DNA from: a bacterium
GTDB taxonomy: Bacteria > Bacteroidota > Ignavibacteria > UBA10030
DNA: 64,000 bases
Direction: 5' to 3'
NCBI GenBank assembly: GCA_043803945.1
Contig: JAZDJN010000080.1
Location: 37,253 to 101,252, forward strand
Positions 9,416 through 19,673 of the stretch are shown here, piece after piece. Position 1 is the stretch's first letter; every line of letters begins with the position of its first letter. The position numbers were made by a program, and so were the translations under genes. The notes under the pieces are model-generated. The model was given only the letters and a program-made list of their open reading frames with translations, was not told the origin of the DNA and did no database searches.

Positions 9416-11659
9416 TTACTTCTGAAATACCATCTTCTTTGTCGAGATGAAGCTTCCGGCTTGCAGTTTATAGAAGTAAACACCACTGGAAAGTTTGGAT
9501 GCTTCAAAATTCACACTGAAGCTTCCAGCCGGTTTGTATTCATTCACAAGCGCTGCCACTTCCCTGCCGAGAATATCAAACACTTTGAGCGACACAAACC
9601 CGGGATTTGAAATTTCAAACCGTATGTTCGTTGAGGGATTAAACGGATTGGGATAGTTTTGAGAAAGATTAACCTGAGAGGGGATGATTCCTTCAGCGTT
9701 CTTCACTGAAGTTAGCGTTGTTAATGTTCTTCTGAACATTGAATACTGGTATGATGAAAAATCAAAAAGCGGAAGGAATACCTCGGAACCAACTTGATAC
9801 ACATCTTTTATCAATCCTACCGTATATGTTGCCGGAATATTTCCGGTGAGATCCGTCCACGAATCTCCTCCATCTGTAGAATTAAAAACAGCAGTCTTTA
9901 AAAATAATCCGCCGGTGACTGCAAATAAATTATTACCCAAAGCGCCAATCGTCACCGGGCCCACACCAAGAATACCTGCATCGGCGTACGGCGCTTTTTT
10001 TGTCTTTCTCCAAACAATGCCGTTATCATCACTATAATAGACGAAGCTGGCTACTCCATAATTAGCCCCGGTTCCGGCGAACAAACGAGTGCCAATGGCT
10101 GTAACATTATTGACGCGACTATTTCCAATTGAATCCTTTGAAACCTGAATCCATGCTTTGCTGGTATCAGTAAACATAAATAATCCCGCTGCACTATAAT
10201 AGAATAATCTGTTATTAAACATTCTCAAGCCAAGACTGTTTTGAGTTAATCCGGTATTCGAAATTGTCCAGGTCACTCCGCCGTCGGATGAAACTCTCAA
10301 TCGTTCGGCTGAAGAGAGAGCAGCATAGAATTTACCATTCCAATACGCCAATCCTTGAACGTCTCCAGGGTCTGAGGTGGAGGTGGATATTCTATTCCAG
10401 GTATTTCCTTTATTGGTGCTTTTAAAAAAACCTTTGGCGTTCGTTCCGGCATAAATTGTATCTCCTCTCATAATCAGCGCCTGGAAGTTCGCGCCTGCTG
10501 CTCCATTTGCATATTGGTTCCATGAATTACCATTATCGGTACTTTTATAGAATGAATATCGATTTGCGCCAAGGTATAACGTTGTACCATCTTTAAGAAC
10601 CTGATTAATTCCAAGAGCGGCGGGAAATCCTTTGCTTCTTGTCATCCAGGTAGTTCCGTTATCCGTCGATTTTATTATTCCATTAAGACTTAATCCCATA
10701 AAAATATTTGCACCAACGACTTTGAATGAAAGAGATTTCCTATCATACCAATTCAACATTTGAGGAATACTGTCCCACGTTGTGCCATTGTTCGTGCTGG
10801 TAATAATATTGTATCCATAAAAACCATCGGTATGTACTAAAAATATTTTGCTGTCGTTAAAAAACATGTTGGTCGGCGTCATCGTGTTCGGGGAAGGGAG
10901 CGTGTTGACAATGTCTGTCCATGTTTTTCCATCATCGGTGGAACGGGCAAGTTTCATAAAATAGTTACTCTGAGCGGAATAGATATCCGTTCCAAATAAC
11001 GTTGTGGCATTTCCCCACACTCGTGCGCCGTAATTCCTGCTTTGAAATGTCCACGTTGCCCCTTCGTCCGTTGAAACAAAGAGAGAATCTCCTCCAACAA
11101 ATATTTTGTTTCCTGCTTGAAAGAATAAGGAATAGTTTGCATTGGCTGATTTCACCAACGTCCAGGTTTGTCCGCCGTTGATAGAGCGATAGACCGCTCT
11201 CCCGAGTCCTGAAAGCACTGTATTGGGAGTTACAAGAATATGCGTGGGCGGAGCGGCAACCGCCCCAGACCAGGTGCTGCTCGCGGTACTGTTTACCTGT
11301 ACCCATGAAGATCCACCGTTGACACTTCGATAGATTTTTTGCAAAGCATTGTTCGGATCAAGATAATTTATATACACCGTATCATTCTTGCATGCAACGC
11401 TGTGAACAAACCCGAGACTACCCTGATATACCGGAAACCCGGTGTTCACCGTTGCCCACGATTCCCCATTATCGGTGGATTTATATAACCCGGCGCCATA
11501 ATTACCGCTGTTGAGCGTTGTACCTGCGTACATCGTACCGTTTGCACTGACAGCAATTGATGTAATGGTCATTTCGTAGGGACCTGTTTGCGACCACTGT
11601 GCAATAGAGGTCATTGCGGCGGATAATAATAAAATCGATATGGTAAAGATTGTTTTCAT
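9416..11659 (-). CDS. BNR/Asp-box double beta-propeller protein with T9SS type-A CTD
   Basis: AAGGAG RBS, signal peptide, more than 10 STDxGxxW repeats, QNYPNPFNP...KKMVFQK. Confidence 0.9.
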   Translation of the reverse strand: MKTIFTISILLLSAAMTSIAQWSQTGPYEMTITSIAVSANGTMYAGTTLNSGNYGAGLYKSTDNGESWATVNTGFPVYQGSLGFVHSVACKNDTVYINYLDPNNALQKIYRSVNGGSSWVQVNSTASSTWSGAVAAPPTHILVTPNTVLSGLGRAVYRSINGGQTWTLVKSANANYSLFFQAGNKIFVGGDSLFVSTDEGATWTFQSRNYGARVWGNATTLFGTDIYSAQSNYFMKLARSTDDGKTWTDIVNTLPSPNTMTPTNMFFNDSKIFLVHTDGFYGYNIITSTNNGTTWDSIPQMLNWYDRKSLSFKVVGANIFMGLSLNGIIKSTDNGTTWMTRSKGFPAALGINQVLKDGTTLYLGANRYSFYKSTDNGNSWNQYANGAAGANFQALIMRGDTIYAGTNAKGFFKSTNKGNTWNRISTSTSDPGDVQGLAYWNGKFYAALSSAERLRVSSDGGVTWTISNTGLTQNSLGLRMFNNRLFYYSAAGLFMFTDTSKAWIQVSKDSIGNSRVNNVTAIGTRLFAGTGANYGVASFVYYSDDNGIVWRKTKKAPYADAGILGVGPVTIGALGNNLFAVTGGLFLKTAVFNSTDGGDSWTDLTGNIPATYTVGLIKDVYQVGSEVFLPLFDFSSYQYSMFRRTLTTLTSVKNAEGIIPSQVNLSQNYPNPFNPSTNIRFEISNPGFVSLKVFDILGREVAALVNEYKPAGSFSVNFEASKLSSGVYFYKLQAGSFISTKKMVFQK

Positions 11660-11712
11660 AGCTACTCCTTTTATTCGTTTACTAATAAGTTGATAAAGAG
11701 GGTATGCAAATC

Positions 11713-11732
11713 AATACCCCTTACGGGGTATT
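11713..11732. promoter_or_regulatory. Palindromic putative NarL/LuxR-type operator, box 1
   Basis: AATACCCC-TTAC-GGGGTATT about 55 bp upstream of the 11659 start; abuts a TTGATT hexamer on the minus strand. Confidence 0.65.
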
Positions 11733-11820
11733 TTTATTTGCTAGATCTCTTTCAGAATGATTATGATCTTTGGAGCCGATCCTGCTGTAATGGATTGACG
11801 TTACAATGCCATGTTCTGAT

Positions 11821-13473
11821 TCAATGCAAATTCCAAATTGCCGTGTAGCCCAGCTCCTTTTCTTTTGCTTCCTGCTCTTTCAATGCTTTTTTCATTGCAG
11901 TCATCATATCATCTTTACGAATGATCCTGTTGAGTGCGTTGATATCTTTGAACTCAGACTCACTGAACGGGACACCTTTTTCATCGTGAACAACACCTTG
12001 CGCATAGACCGTTGGTCCGGCTATGTATCCGTTCGGAGGTCCGGTAATCCGAAATGCCATTCGTGGAGCCAGAGTAACTTCCTGGCGATCGGTAGGCAGA
12101 GCGAGATCGACCGTAACCGCAATAAGTCCGTCAACTCCTAACTCGCGCATTAACCGCGCCTCCGGTCTATCAGATGCAAATGTTGATGAAATAGATTTCA
12201 CAATATTACCAAGCCGCGTTGGCAGAAGATTTTTTGTTCCTTTATAACTGCGTGATATTTCAACCTGTGTATATTCATCCTTGATCTCTTCGAGTTCTTT
12301 ATAGAGGGGAGAACTTACGACCTGTTCAATTGGAATAATTGAAATCCCATATTCATTTTTACATACTGTGGTAATATCTTTGTAAAGATTATCAAGAACT
12401 CGATCCCAATACTCTACCGGCACTTTTGGAAATTGCCATGTTCTCGTTGTCGTCGTTGTCGTTTTAATATTTCCGGTCGTTGTTGAAGAGCTCGATTCTT
12501 CTTGATGATACAGCGTTCCCCGAATTGAAAGAGAGGCGATTGCGAATTTTTTACCTTTGGAAAGAGGCTTTCCTGTAAATGCATTCGGTTTGCTTGCATT
12601 ATATTCCATTTCACCATTCGCAGTAGAGATTTTTCCATCGACACTGAATCCCGGACTTGTCGAAACTTCACCTGTTACAGTGACCGGCATCCAGCTCCAA
12701 CCCAACGATAAATTCTGTGAGGCGCCAACTCCCGGAATCCGAGCTGCGGCCACATCGTACCGCTCGACAAGAACATAATTCGAACCCGTACTGATCGACA
12801 CAACACCCTGTGCACTCGCGGACACTAAGGTGTTCACAAAGGCAGCGGCGGGAATTTGAATAGTTTTCGCGAGTTTAAAAACACCGATATCACTGAATGA
12901 ACGGATCCCGAGAGTATTAACGATCATCGAAACACGGATGTAGGCATTTTCATCTGGCGCGTTCTCAAACCCAAGCGTCATATCCTTTGTTACATCGACC
13001 GACGCGTTTGTTGAGGCGCCGTTGACAGAAACAAGTTTTACCGGTTTCGGCGGTTGAATCGTGAATTGCGCCTGCTGTCCGCTGCTTGTCGTAATGTTTA
13101 TTGTCCTTGGTTTGTTATCGCTTTTTTCAAAATACGTTGAGTAGACACCGTTTGCGAGATATTGCAGGGTATCTCCGTCCAGTGTAACCGCTCCATCTAT
13201 CTGGTAAAATCCCAATCCCTCCCTCTTATAGAAACTCACTGCGACACCTGATTTCCCTTCACTCCATTGGTCGCCGACATAATCCATCTCTATTGTTTTG
13301 GTATCACGTGGGTATAAATTGGAAATGTACATCCCCTGAACCGCACAAACAGATAAGTCAGATGTCGTGGAAGTCATCATTCCCGCAGCAAATTTACCGA
13401 GCATTGCGCAACCACTTATCAGCGCAAGACTAATAATCAAAATAATGAGAACTGTATACTTAGTGTTTTTCAT
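11821..13473 (-). CDS. Hypothetical 550 aa lipoprotein
   Basis: Lipobox LISG-C; long ORF co-oriented with the cluster; no family recognised. Confidence 0.8.
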   Translation of the reverse strand: MKNTKYTVLIILIISLALISGCAMLGKFAAGMMTSTTSDLSVCAVQGMYISNLYPRDTKTIEMDYVGDQWSEGKSGVAVSFYKREGLGFYQIDGAVTLDGDTLQYLANGVYSTYFEKSDNKPRTINITTSSGQQAQFTIQPPKPVKLVSVNGASTNASVDVTKDMTLGFENAPDENAYIRVSMIVNTLGIRSFSDIGVFKLAKTIQIPAAAFVNTLVSASAQGVVSISTGSNYVLVERYDVAAARIPGVGASQNLSLGWSWMPVTVTGEVSTSPGFSVDGKISTANGEMEYNASKPNAFTGKPLSKGKKFAIASLSIRGTLYHQEESSSSTTTGNIKTTTTTTRTWQFPKVPVEYWDRVLDNLYKDITTVCKNEYGISIIPIEQVVSSPLYKELEEIKDEYTQVEISRSYKGTKNLLPTRLGNIVKSISSTFASDRPEARLMRELGVDGLIAVTVDLALPTDRQEVTLAPRMAFRITGPPNGYIAGPTVYAQGVVHDEKGVPFSESEFKDINALNRIIRKDDMMTAMKKALKEQEAKEKELGYTAIWNLH

Positions 13474-13490
13474 GTGTTTTACCTTGTTCC

Positions 13491-13664
13491 TTATTTGACC
13501 ACCATGAGTTTTTTTGCAGCAGTGAAGTATTCAGTTTGCAGTTGATAGAAGTAAATATCACTCGAGAGATTTGAGGCACCAAAATTAACATTGTAGCTTC
13601 AGGCCTGTATATATTCATTTACAAGCACCGCCACCTCTCATCGAGAGAAAAGAATATCACACTT
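13491..13664 (-). pseudogene. Orphan, degenerate T9SS type-A CTD
   Basis: Translates EVAVLVNEYIQA*SYNVNFGASNLSSDIYFYQLQTEYFTAAKKLMVVK*, closely matching the CTD of 9416..11659; in-frame TGA at 13599-13601. Confidence 0.8.
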
Positions 13665-13685
13665 CTTGTTTTATAATATACTTTA

Positions 13686-14096
13686 TCATTGAGTGAACTC
13701 TTTGAATCCTGTCGTGCCATCCAATCGCGAAATAGAAATCCGATACTGAACACCAACAGTGAGTGTTCGTTCCGTGACCGCAGTTTCAACGGATCCGGCG
13801 GGAGTAGTCCCGTTCGTAACGGGCGAGGCTATCCCGTTTTGCCCCGGAGTTGCAAGCCCCCACACCACAACCGTCTGATTAGTTGTGCGCACGATACTGA
13901 GACTGAAGACATTCCCGCCGCTCCACGAGTATTGCGGCTTTGTCCCGCTGCCGATGGTGATCGCAATCTGAGAAGCTTGTGTGTTGCCCGCATCTGCCGG
14001 ATTGTTTTCATCCTTTTTACAACCACCGATCAGCAACAGAACGATAATCGAAGAAATCAAAATGCAAAGTGACAAAGTAAATTTTTGGCGTGTCAT
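13686..14096 (-). CDS. Small hypothetical lipoprotein
   Basis: Lipobox LIGG-C followed by KKDENNP, a typical Bacteroidota lipoprotein N-terminus. Confidence 0.8.
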   Translation of the reverse strand: MTRQKFTLSLCILISSIIVLLLIGGCKKDENNPADAGNTQASQIAITIGSGTKPQYSWSGGNVFSLSIVRTTNQTVVVWGLATPGQNGIASPVTNGTTPAGSVETAVTERTLTVGVQYRISISRLDGTTGFKEFTQ

Positions 14097-14113
14097 CTCT
14101 CTGTCTCTCAATA

Positions 14114-15364
14114 CTATTTTGTGAGAATCATTTTTTTTGTTTGAATAGTATTTCCTGAATGGAGTGTATAAAAATAAATTCCGCTTGATAATCTGTGCGC
14201 ATCAAATGTCGTTTGATATGTTCCAGCTTCCATACATTCGTCTACCAGCGCTGCCACTTCCCTGCCGAAAACATCAAATACTTTGAGTGATACAACTCCT
14301 GCGCTTGGAATGTGAAATTCGATCTTCGTTGTGGGATTGAACGGGTTCGGATAATTCTGAGACAGGGTATACTGGTACGGCAGATCAGCAGCGGTTTGAG
14401 CAATGCCGGTAGCACTGGCATATTTATACATCGATAATGAACTCCCTGCAATAGTCTGCAAATATGCCGAGCCATCTGACGTGGCAAAAAATTGTCGTAC
14501 GCCTGTGGTACCGCTTAATCCAAGTCCGGCTGATACATCAGTGAATGTACTTCCGTAATCGCTCGAAACCTTTACGTAACTTGTACTCCACGTAAAAAGG
14601 CGATTACTCATGTCGACAAAAAATGGTCCAGGGGAATTTGTGTTACTCCAGGTTGTTCCACCGTCTTTTGACACATACAAAACGGAACGATCATAATCCG
14701 ATGCATAGACGAAACCATTAGGCCCTCCCAAAATTTTGGAGGAGTTAAAAGTGGAAGTGAGCGAACTCCAGCTTGTTCCACCGTCTTTGCTTTTCATTAA
14801 CTTGTTATCACTTGTTGCTGCATATAACGCTGTTCCAGCATACGTCATACACTTAGGAGTAATTGCGGTGGAGGGTTTGCTCCAGGTAAGTCCATCATCA
14901 ACCGTTTTGACGGGATTGGCGAGACCTGCAAAATTATACAGATAAAAAGTTCCTGACGGCCCCTCAAATCCGGCAACATTTGCCTGCAGGTTGGCAGCAT
15001 CATCCACATCAGTCCATGTTGCTCCCTTGTCGGTACTCCTCATGATGTAGTATTTCATTGGAGAGTAATTCAATCGGTAGCCGATGAGGGTTCCGCTATT
15101 CAACACCCATAAACCATAGAAGCCACCAAGGGGCCAAGTTGTCAGGCTCGTTGTGATCGCAGACCATGAACCTGAACCCGATCTGCGTTGAAAACTTAAT
15201 ATCGAACCGATTACTCCATTGTGGGCATAAAGATCGGAGCCGGTGGCAGAAGCGGCAAAGTAACTGACGGTTGGTGGTGAGTTTAAATTGGTCCATTGTG
15301 CCTTTAACGTACTGCTCAAAGAGCAAATCGTGAACAGAATGAGGTACGGTATAAAACGTTTCAT
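14114..15364 (-). CDS. BNR/Asp-box beta-propeller protein with T9SS type-A CTD
   Basis: AGGAG RBS, signal peptide, SxDGGxxW repeats, QNYPNPFNPTT...KKMILTK. Confidence 0.9.
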   Translation of the reverse strand: MKRFIPYLILFTICSLSSTLKAQWTNLNSPPTVSYFAASATGSDLYAHNGVIGSILSFQRRSGSGSWSAITTSLTTWPLGGFYGLWVLNSGTLIGYRLNYSPMKYYIMRSTDKGATWTDVDDAANLQANVAGFEGPSGTFYLYNFAGLANPVKTVDDGLTWSKPSTAITPKCMTYAGTALYAATSDNKLMKSKDGGTSWSSLTSTFNSSKILGGPNGFVYASDYDRSVLYVSKDGGTTWSNTNSPGPFFVDMSNRLFTWSTSYVKVSSDYGSTFTDVSAGLGLSGTTGVRQFFATSDGSAYLQTIAGSSLSMYKYASATGIAQTAADLPYQYTLSQNYPNPFNPTTKIEFHIPSAGVVSLKVFDVFGREVAALVDECMEAGTYQTTFDAHRLSSGIYFYTLHSGNTIQTKKMILTK

Positions 15365-15557
15365 ATATTTTTCTCCTGGGGTGTATGGTTATGAACCGTG
15401 TTAAAGATTATGTTTAGTCGTGAACGTATCGATGTCTTTGGAGGGTGCATCAAGAAATTCATTTTACCGGACAGCTCGATTGCATCCATCGTCCCCTTAT
15501 GTGAATCGCGGAGTGCAATATCTCTGTCGTTAATTTGATATTACTGGTTTCCGAATC

Positions 15558-15577
15558 AATACCCCTTTCGGGGTATT
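15558..15577. promoter_or_regulatory. Palindromic putative NarL/LuxR-type operator, box 2 (could double as a terminator hairpin)
   Basis: AATACCCC-TTTC-GGGGTATT directly after the regulator stop codon and upstream of the 15364 gene. Confidence 0.6.
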
Positions 15578-15578
15578 T

Positions 15579-16253
15579 TTAGATGAGATTTTTCTGGAGC
15601 GCTACGCGGACGGCATTTGCGCGGGAATGAACATGGAGTTTTTTGTAGATATTTTTGATGTGTGTTTTTACGGTATGCGGACTAATGAAGTTCTTCTTTG
15701 CCAGGGATCGACAGGTTTCACCATTCACAAGTCCTTGAAGTATTCCTTTTTCCCGATCGGAGAGTATAAATTCCACCGGAGATGACTCTGCGGAAAGGGA
15801 ACCTGCCCGTTGTTGAACATGTCTTCGCGTAAATTCTAGAATTATTTTTGCAACGCTTTGTGACATCGGGGCACCGCCTTTATACAGCGAACGAACTGCG
15901 TCTACCAGGCTGTCAGGCGAATCATCTTTCAATAAATATCCAGAGGCTCCGGCTTGTATGGATTGAAAGATTTTTTGTTCGTCCTCGAACACCGTAAGCA
16001 TGATCACTTCGATGTCTGGATATAATTCCTTCACAGCAATGGTCGTTTCTATGCCGGACATTTTTGGCAGAGCAATATCCATAAGAATGATATCGGGAAT
16101 TCTGCTCGGTGGTAGTTTTTTTAACCCATTTAACGCTGCTTCTCCCGTAGCATACGATGCGATCAATTGAATGTCTTTGTAAAACCGGAACATTTCTTTG
16201 AAACGGCTTCGAAGGGAAGCAACATCTTCAACAATGGCGATTTTTATTTTCAT
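15579..16253 (-). CDS. NarL/FixJ-family response regulator (REC + LuxR HTH)
   Basis: IVED, PDIILMDIALP, GASGYLLK, LSDRE...ISPHTVKTHIKNIYKKLHV. Confidence 0.95.
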   Translation of the reverse strand: MKIKIAIVEDVASLRSRFKEMFRFYKDIQLIASYATGEAALNGLKKLPPSRIPDIILMDIALPKMSGIETTIAVKELYPDIEVIMLTVFEDEQKIFQSIQAGASGYLLKDDSPDSLVDAVRSLYKGGAPMSQSVAKIILEFTRRHVQQRAGSLSAESSPVEFILSDREKGILQGLVNGETCRSLAKKNFISPHTVKTHIKNIYKKLHVHSRANAVRVALQKNLI

Positions 16254-16288
16254 GGTTCATAGAACATACTTGACAGCATATCAACCGC

Positions 16289-16308
16289 AATCCCCCAAAC
16301 GGGGTAAT
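16289..16308. promoter_or_regulatory. Degenerate operator box 3 upstream of the response regulator
   Basis: AATCCCCC-AAAC-GGGGTAAT; on the minus strand it is followed by TTGCGG-N16-TATGTT. Confidence 0.5.
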
Positions 16309-19300
16309 TAACGATTTACTTGTAACGGTATGTGTACACTGACACACGCGCCAGCTCCAGATTGATGGGAATAGTGCATTGTACCGTTTAATTCTTTTGC
16401 GCGCCGTTCCATATTTGACAACCCTTGGCCGCTTAACAACGCTTTTTCTTTTGATTTTTTTGTTGTTCCGTCATCTTGAATAGCGACATCGAGTGCGTTT
16501 CCTTTCACACATATTTCTATCACAAGGTGTTTTGCATTCGAATGTTTAATGACATTCGCCACCGCTTCCTGCACGATTCTGAACAGATTCAAAACCTGAA
16601 TTGGTGTGAGAAGCCTTGTGTCCTTCTCATGGAACAGCATCTTGAATTGCAGGGTTCGCTTGTATTGCACTTGATGAGTGATGTATTCACGGACGGTTTC
16701 CGCAAACTGCGCTGTACTCATGGTATTTGTTTTCAAAGCCCAGATTGTTTCCCGGAGCTGTGCTATGCTTAATCGGGCATCTTTGGTCAGCGAACGCAAT
16801 ATGCGCTTTGTTTTCAACGGTGATTGACCGAGATGTTTTTCCGCCACATCTAACCCAGTGATAATGCCGGCAAGGTTTGCGCCTGTACTATCGTGCAATT
16901 CGCGGGAGATGCGTTCCCGATCCGATTGGAGCTGTTGCTGATATTTTATCTCGATCAGTTTTTGCTTTAACTTACGATTCGATAACTGTCTTGCACCGAA
17001 AACAGTACATGCAAATGCGAAACTCACCGTAATTCCAACGAACCATATTTCATTCCAAAATGGAGGATGGACGAATATCGGTATGCGAAGCCTGTCGTCA
17101 CTCCACTTGCCATTCTTCATTTTTGATCTCACAACAAACATATATTCCCCGGAGGAGAGATGTGTATAGTGCGCAGTCCGCTGATGTTCTGGAGGATATA
17201 CCCAGTCATTATCGAACCCTTCAAGACGATATGTGTATTGCGTTGTCTTTTGCGCGCGATAGTTGAGAGCAATAAAATCGAGCGTTAATGCCTTATGCTC
17301 ATAGGTAAGGTGAATTTCTTCCGGTAACGAGAATGAACCAGTAACAATAGTTGTGTCTGAAATCAGAAGCGATTTGTAATTAATTTTTATGTCGGTAAGC
17401 ATAAACGGCGGTTCCTCTGACGGGAAGTGAACACTTTCCGATTGAACCATGAGAAGGCCCTTCACACCTCCAAAGAATAAATCACCCGCTGAATTTCTAG
17501 CATAGGCGTTTTGGGAAAATTCGGTAAACGATAAACCATCTGCAGCACCAAAATTATAGAATTGTTCTTCGTCAGGATGCAAACACGAGAGCCCATCGTT
17601 TGTGCTCATCCAGAGATACCCGCGGTTGTCTTCGACAATCCCGTAGACAACATCATCGATAAGCCCTTGCTGTGTTGAAAACCTTTTAAAACTGCCGGTG
17701 CCTCTGTCATATTTATTAATTCCGTTTCCGAGCGTTGTTACCCACATCCGTTGTTTTTTATCCTCATAACACGAACTGACAATATTGTAACTTAAACTCG
17801 ACTCATTCTCTGACTCCGAGGTATACATTCGTTGTGAATGATTTTGCCCATTGACCACAATGACACCATACGAGGTGCTAACCCACATCTCCTTGTGAGA
17901 ATCTTCTAAGAGGCTAATGATATACTTAATCTCTCTGGTTCGAGACAAATTGTATAACCGCACGCGCTGAAATCTTTGACTCTTCGAATCGAACGTACAA
18001 AGTCCCGTTGTTGTTCCAATCCATACTGTCCCATCGCGGGATTCATACACAATGCTGATCTCGTTGCCGACCAAACTTGTTGAATCCCCGGCATCATGCA
18101 GAAAGTGTTTCCATTGCTGTGTTTTCAGGTTCAATACAAATACACCATGGGGTCTTGTACCAATCCAGAGCTGACCTGTTCGATCCTCGATAAGTGAAGT
18201 AATCCGTTTGTCATCCAACTGGGGATGATGAAATTGCGATGCGGTAATGCACGAAGTGTCGCCAGGATAGTTTGCCTTCCGTCGAGTATTCTTGCTGCAA
18301 TGCATCATGAATAATCCTTTGCTCGACCCAACCCATAGCGTTGTATTGTGGTCTTCAAGAATTGACCACACCATTGCGTTGTTCTGCATGATATTCTTAT
18401 TCATCGTACGAAATGCTTCAGCATACGTATCATAAATATTCACATCTCCATATAATGTTCCAATCCAGAGCAAACCGGATTGATCATTATAGAACGTCAG
18501 CACTTTATCGGAACTGAGCCCGTCTGGATGCTGAGGATCTTCACGCAAATGAATCGTCTCTCCATTGGCCTGAAGAATAGAAACGCCTTTATTTGTCGCC
18601 AACCATATTCTTCCTTTTCCGTCTTTACAAAGCGCATTGATGGATACATTGTTATTATGCTTCAACGCGGTTTTTGTGAACTGCTTGATTTGACGGTTAA
18701 AGGACCAAAGGCCAGAGTCCGTGCCAAGCCAATAGGTATTACCATCGGGAAGAATGGAAATGATTTTTGAGAACACAGGTAATGTATAGTGTGATTCGAC
18801 CGCCTTCTGCGATACAACATAGAGAGCGTTCCCTTTGCTGACAATAATACACTCATTCTTGTCGTATGCAATACATGACACTGAATCACTAAGAAGAGAC
18901 TGATGAATTTGATAATCATCAAAGGAATAAAGAACATAGCAATGATTATCTGTCGAAAAATAAACCTCACCGGATGGCATACAGATTACCTGATGGATTC
19001 TCTGATGAAAAGAGTTTATTGCAATATCTTCGAAGAAAAAGTGGCGAAACGTTTGTGTTTTTTTATCAAAGCGGTTTAATCCGTGCCGCGTACCGACCCA
19101 AATGTACCCGCTGGAATCTTCAGCAAGCGAGATGATAAAATTGTCGGAGAGTGAGAGGGAATCATTATGAATATGTTTGTAAGCTTTACAGCGTTCCCCG
19201 TCGTACCGGTTCAACCCACCCTGCGTCCCGATCCACATGAATCCTTCACGGTCTTTGAGTATTGCATAAACGGAATTTTCAGAGAGACCGTTCGCGGCAG

Positions 19301-19403
19301 TTACGTGATTAAAGACAAAATCTTGTGCGCGGGAAGGAGTGCAGAGAAAACAGAACAGAAATATTTTCCAACACTTCGTATGAAGTGTACCGCTGTAATG
19401 CAT
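16308..19403 (-). CDS. Sensor histidine kinase: periplasmic beta-propeller repeats + Y_Y_Y + TM + HisKA_3 + HATPase
   Basis: GLS.N.V..I..D..GFMWIGT repeats, YTYRLEGFD (Y_Y_Y), PPFW-TM, RERISRELHD, RIVQEAVANVIKHS, GQGLSNM. Confidence 0.95.
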   Translation of the reverse strand: MHYSGTLHTKCWKIFLFCFLCTPSRAQDFVFNHVTAANGLSENSVYAILKDREGFMWIGTQGGLNRYDGERCKAYKHIHNDSLSLSDNFIISLAEDSSGYIWVGTRHGLNRFDKKTQTFRHFFFEDIAINSFHQRIHQVICMPSGEVYFSTDNHCYVLYSFDDYQIHQSLLSDSVSCIAYDKNECIIVSKGNALYVVSQKAVESHYTLPVFSKIISILPDGNTYWLGTDSGLWSFNRQIKQFTKTALKHNNNVSINALCKDGKGRIWLATNKGVSILQANGETIHLREDPQHPDGLSSDKVLTFYNDQSGLLWIGTLYGDVNIYDTYAEAFRTMNKNIMQNNAMVWSILEDHNTTLWVGSSKGLFMMHCSKNTRRKANYPGDTSCITASQFHHPQLDDKRITSLIEDRTGQLWIGTRPHGVFVLNLKTQQWKHFLHDAGDSTSLVGNEISIVYESRDGTVWIGTTTGLCTFDSKSQRFQRVRLYNLSRTREIKYIISLLEDSHKEMWVSTSYGVIVVNGQNHSQRMYTSESENESSLSYNIVSSCYEDKKQRMWVTTLGNGINKYDRGTGSFKRFSTQQGLIDDVVYGIVEDNRGYLWMSTNDGLSCLHPDEEQFYNFGAADGLSFTEFSQNAYARNSAGDLFFGGVKGLLMVQSESVHFPSEEPPFMLTDIKINYKSLLISDTTIVTGSFSLPEEIHLTYEHKALTLDFIALNYRAQKTTQYTYRLEGFDNDWVYPPEHQRTAHYTHLSSGEYMFVVRSKMKNGKWSDDRLRIPIFVHPPFWNEIWFVGITVSFAFACTVFGARQLSNRKLKQKLIEIKYQQQLQSDRERISRELHDSTGANLAGIITGLDVAEKHLGQSPLKTKRILRSLTKDARLSIAQLRETIWALKTNTMSTAQFAETVREYITHQVQYKRTLQFKMLFHEKDTRLLTPIQVLNLFRIVQEAVANVIKHSNAKHLVIEICVKGNALDVAIQDDGTTKKSKEKALLSGQGLSNMERRAKELNGTMHYSHQSGAGACVSVHIPLQVNR

Positions 19404-19673
19404 AGTGCTCTTTTCGAATTAGTTCTCAATGATATAATTGCTACAAAATCTTTAATGCACAGAGAATGTTGATGTTATTGAATTAAATGAATCTCTTAGT
19501 GACTCTGTGCTTGGGTGACTGTGCTTTTTCAGTGAGAACGAATTAGATGCCTTTGTCTAAAGTAGAGAGCTCTGGTATGATTAGCAAGGAAAGAACGCTG
19601 AAATATGAAGATTCTTTCCTGAGTTTTGATTGTCGCTCGCTCTCGTCGGGGTTGAAGATGTTCGGATGTCACA

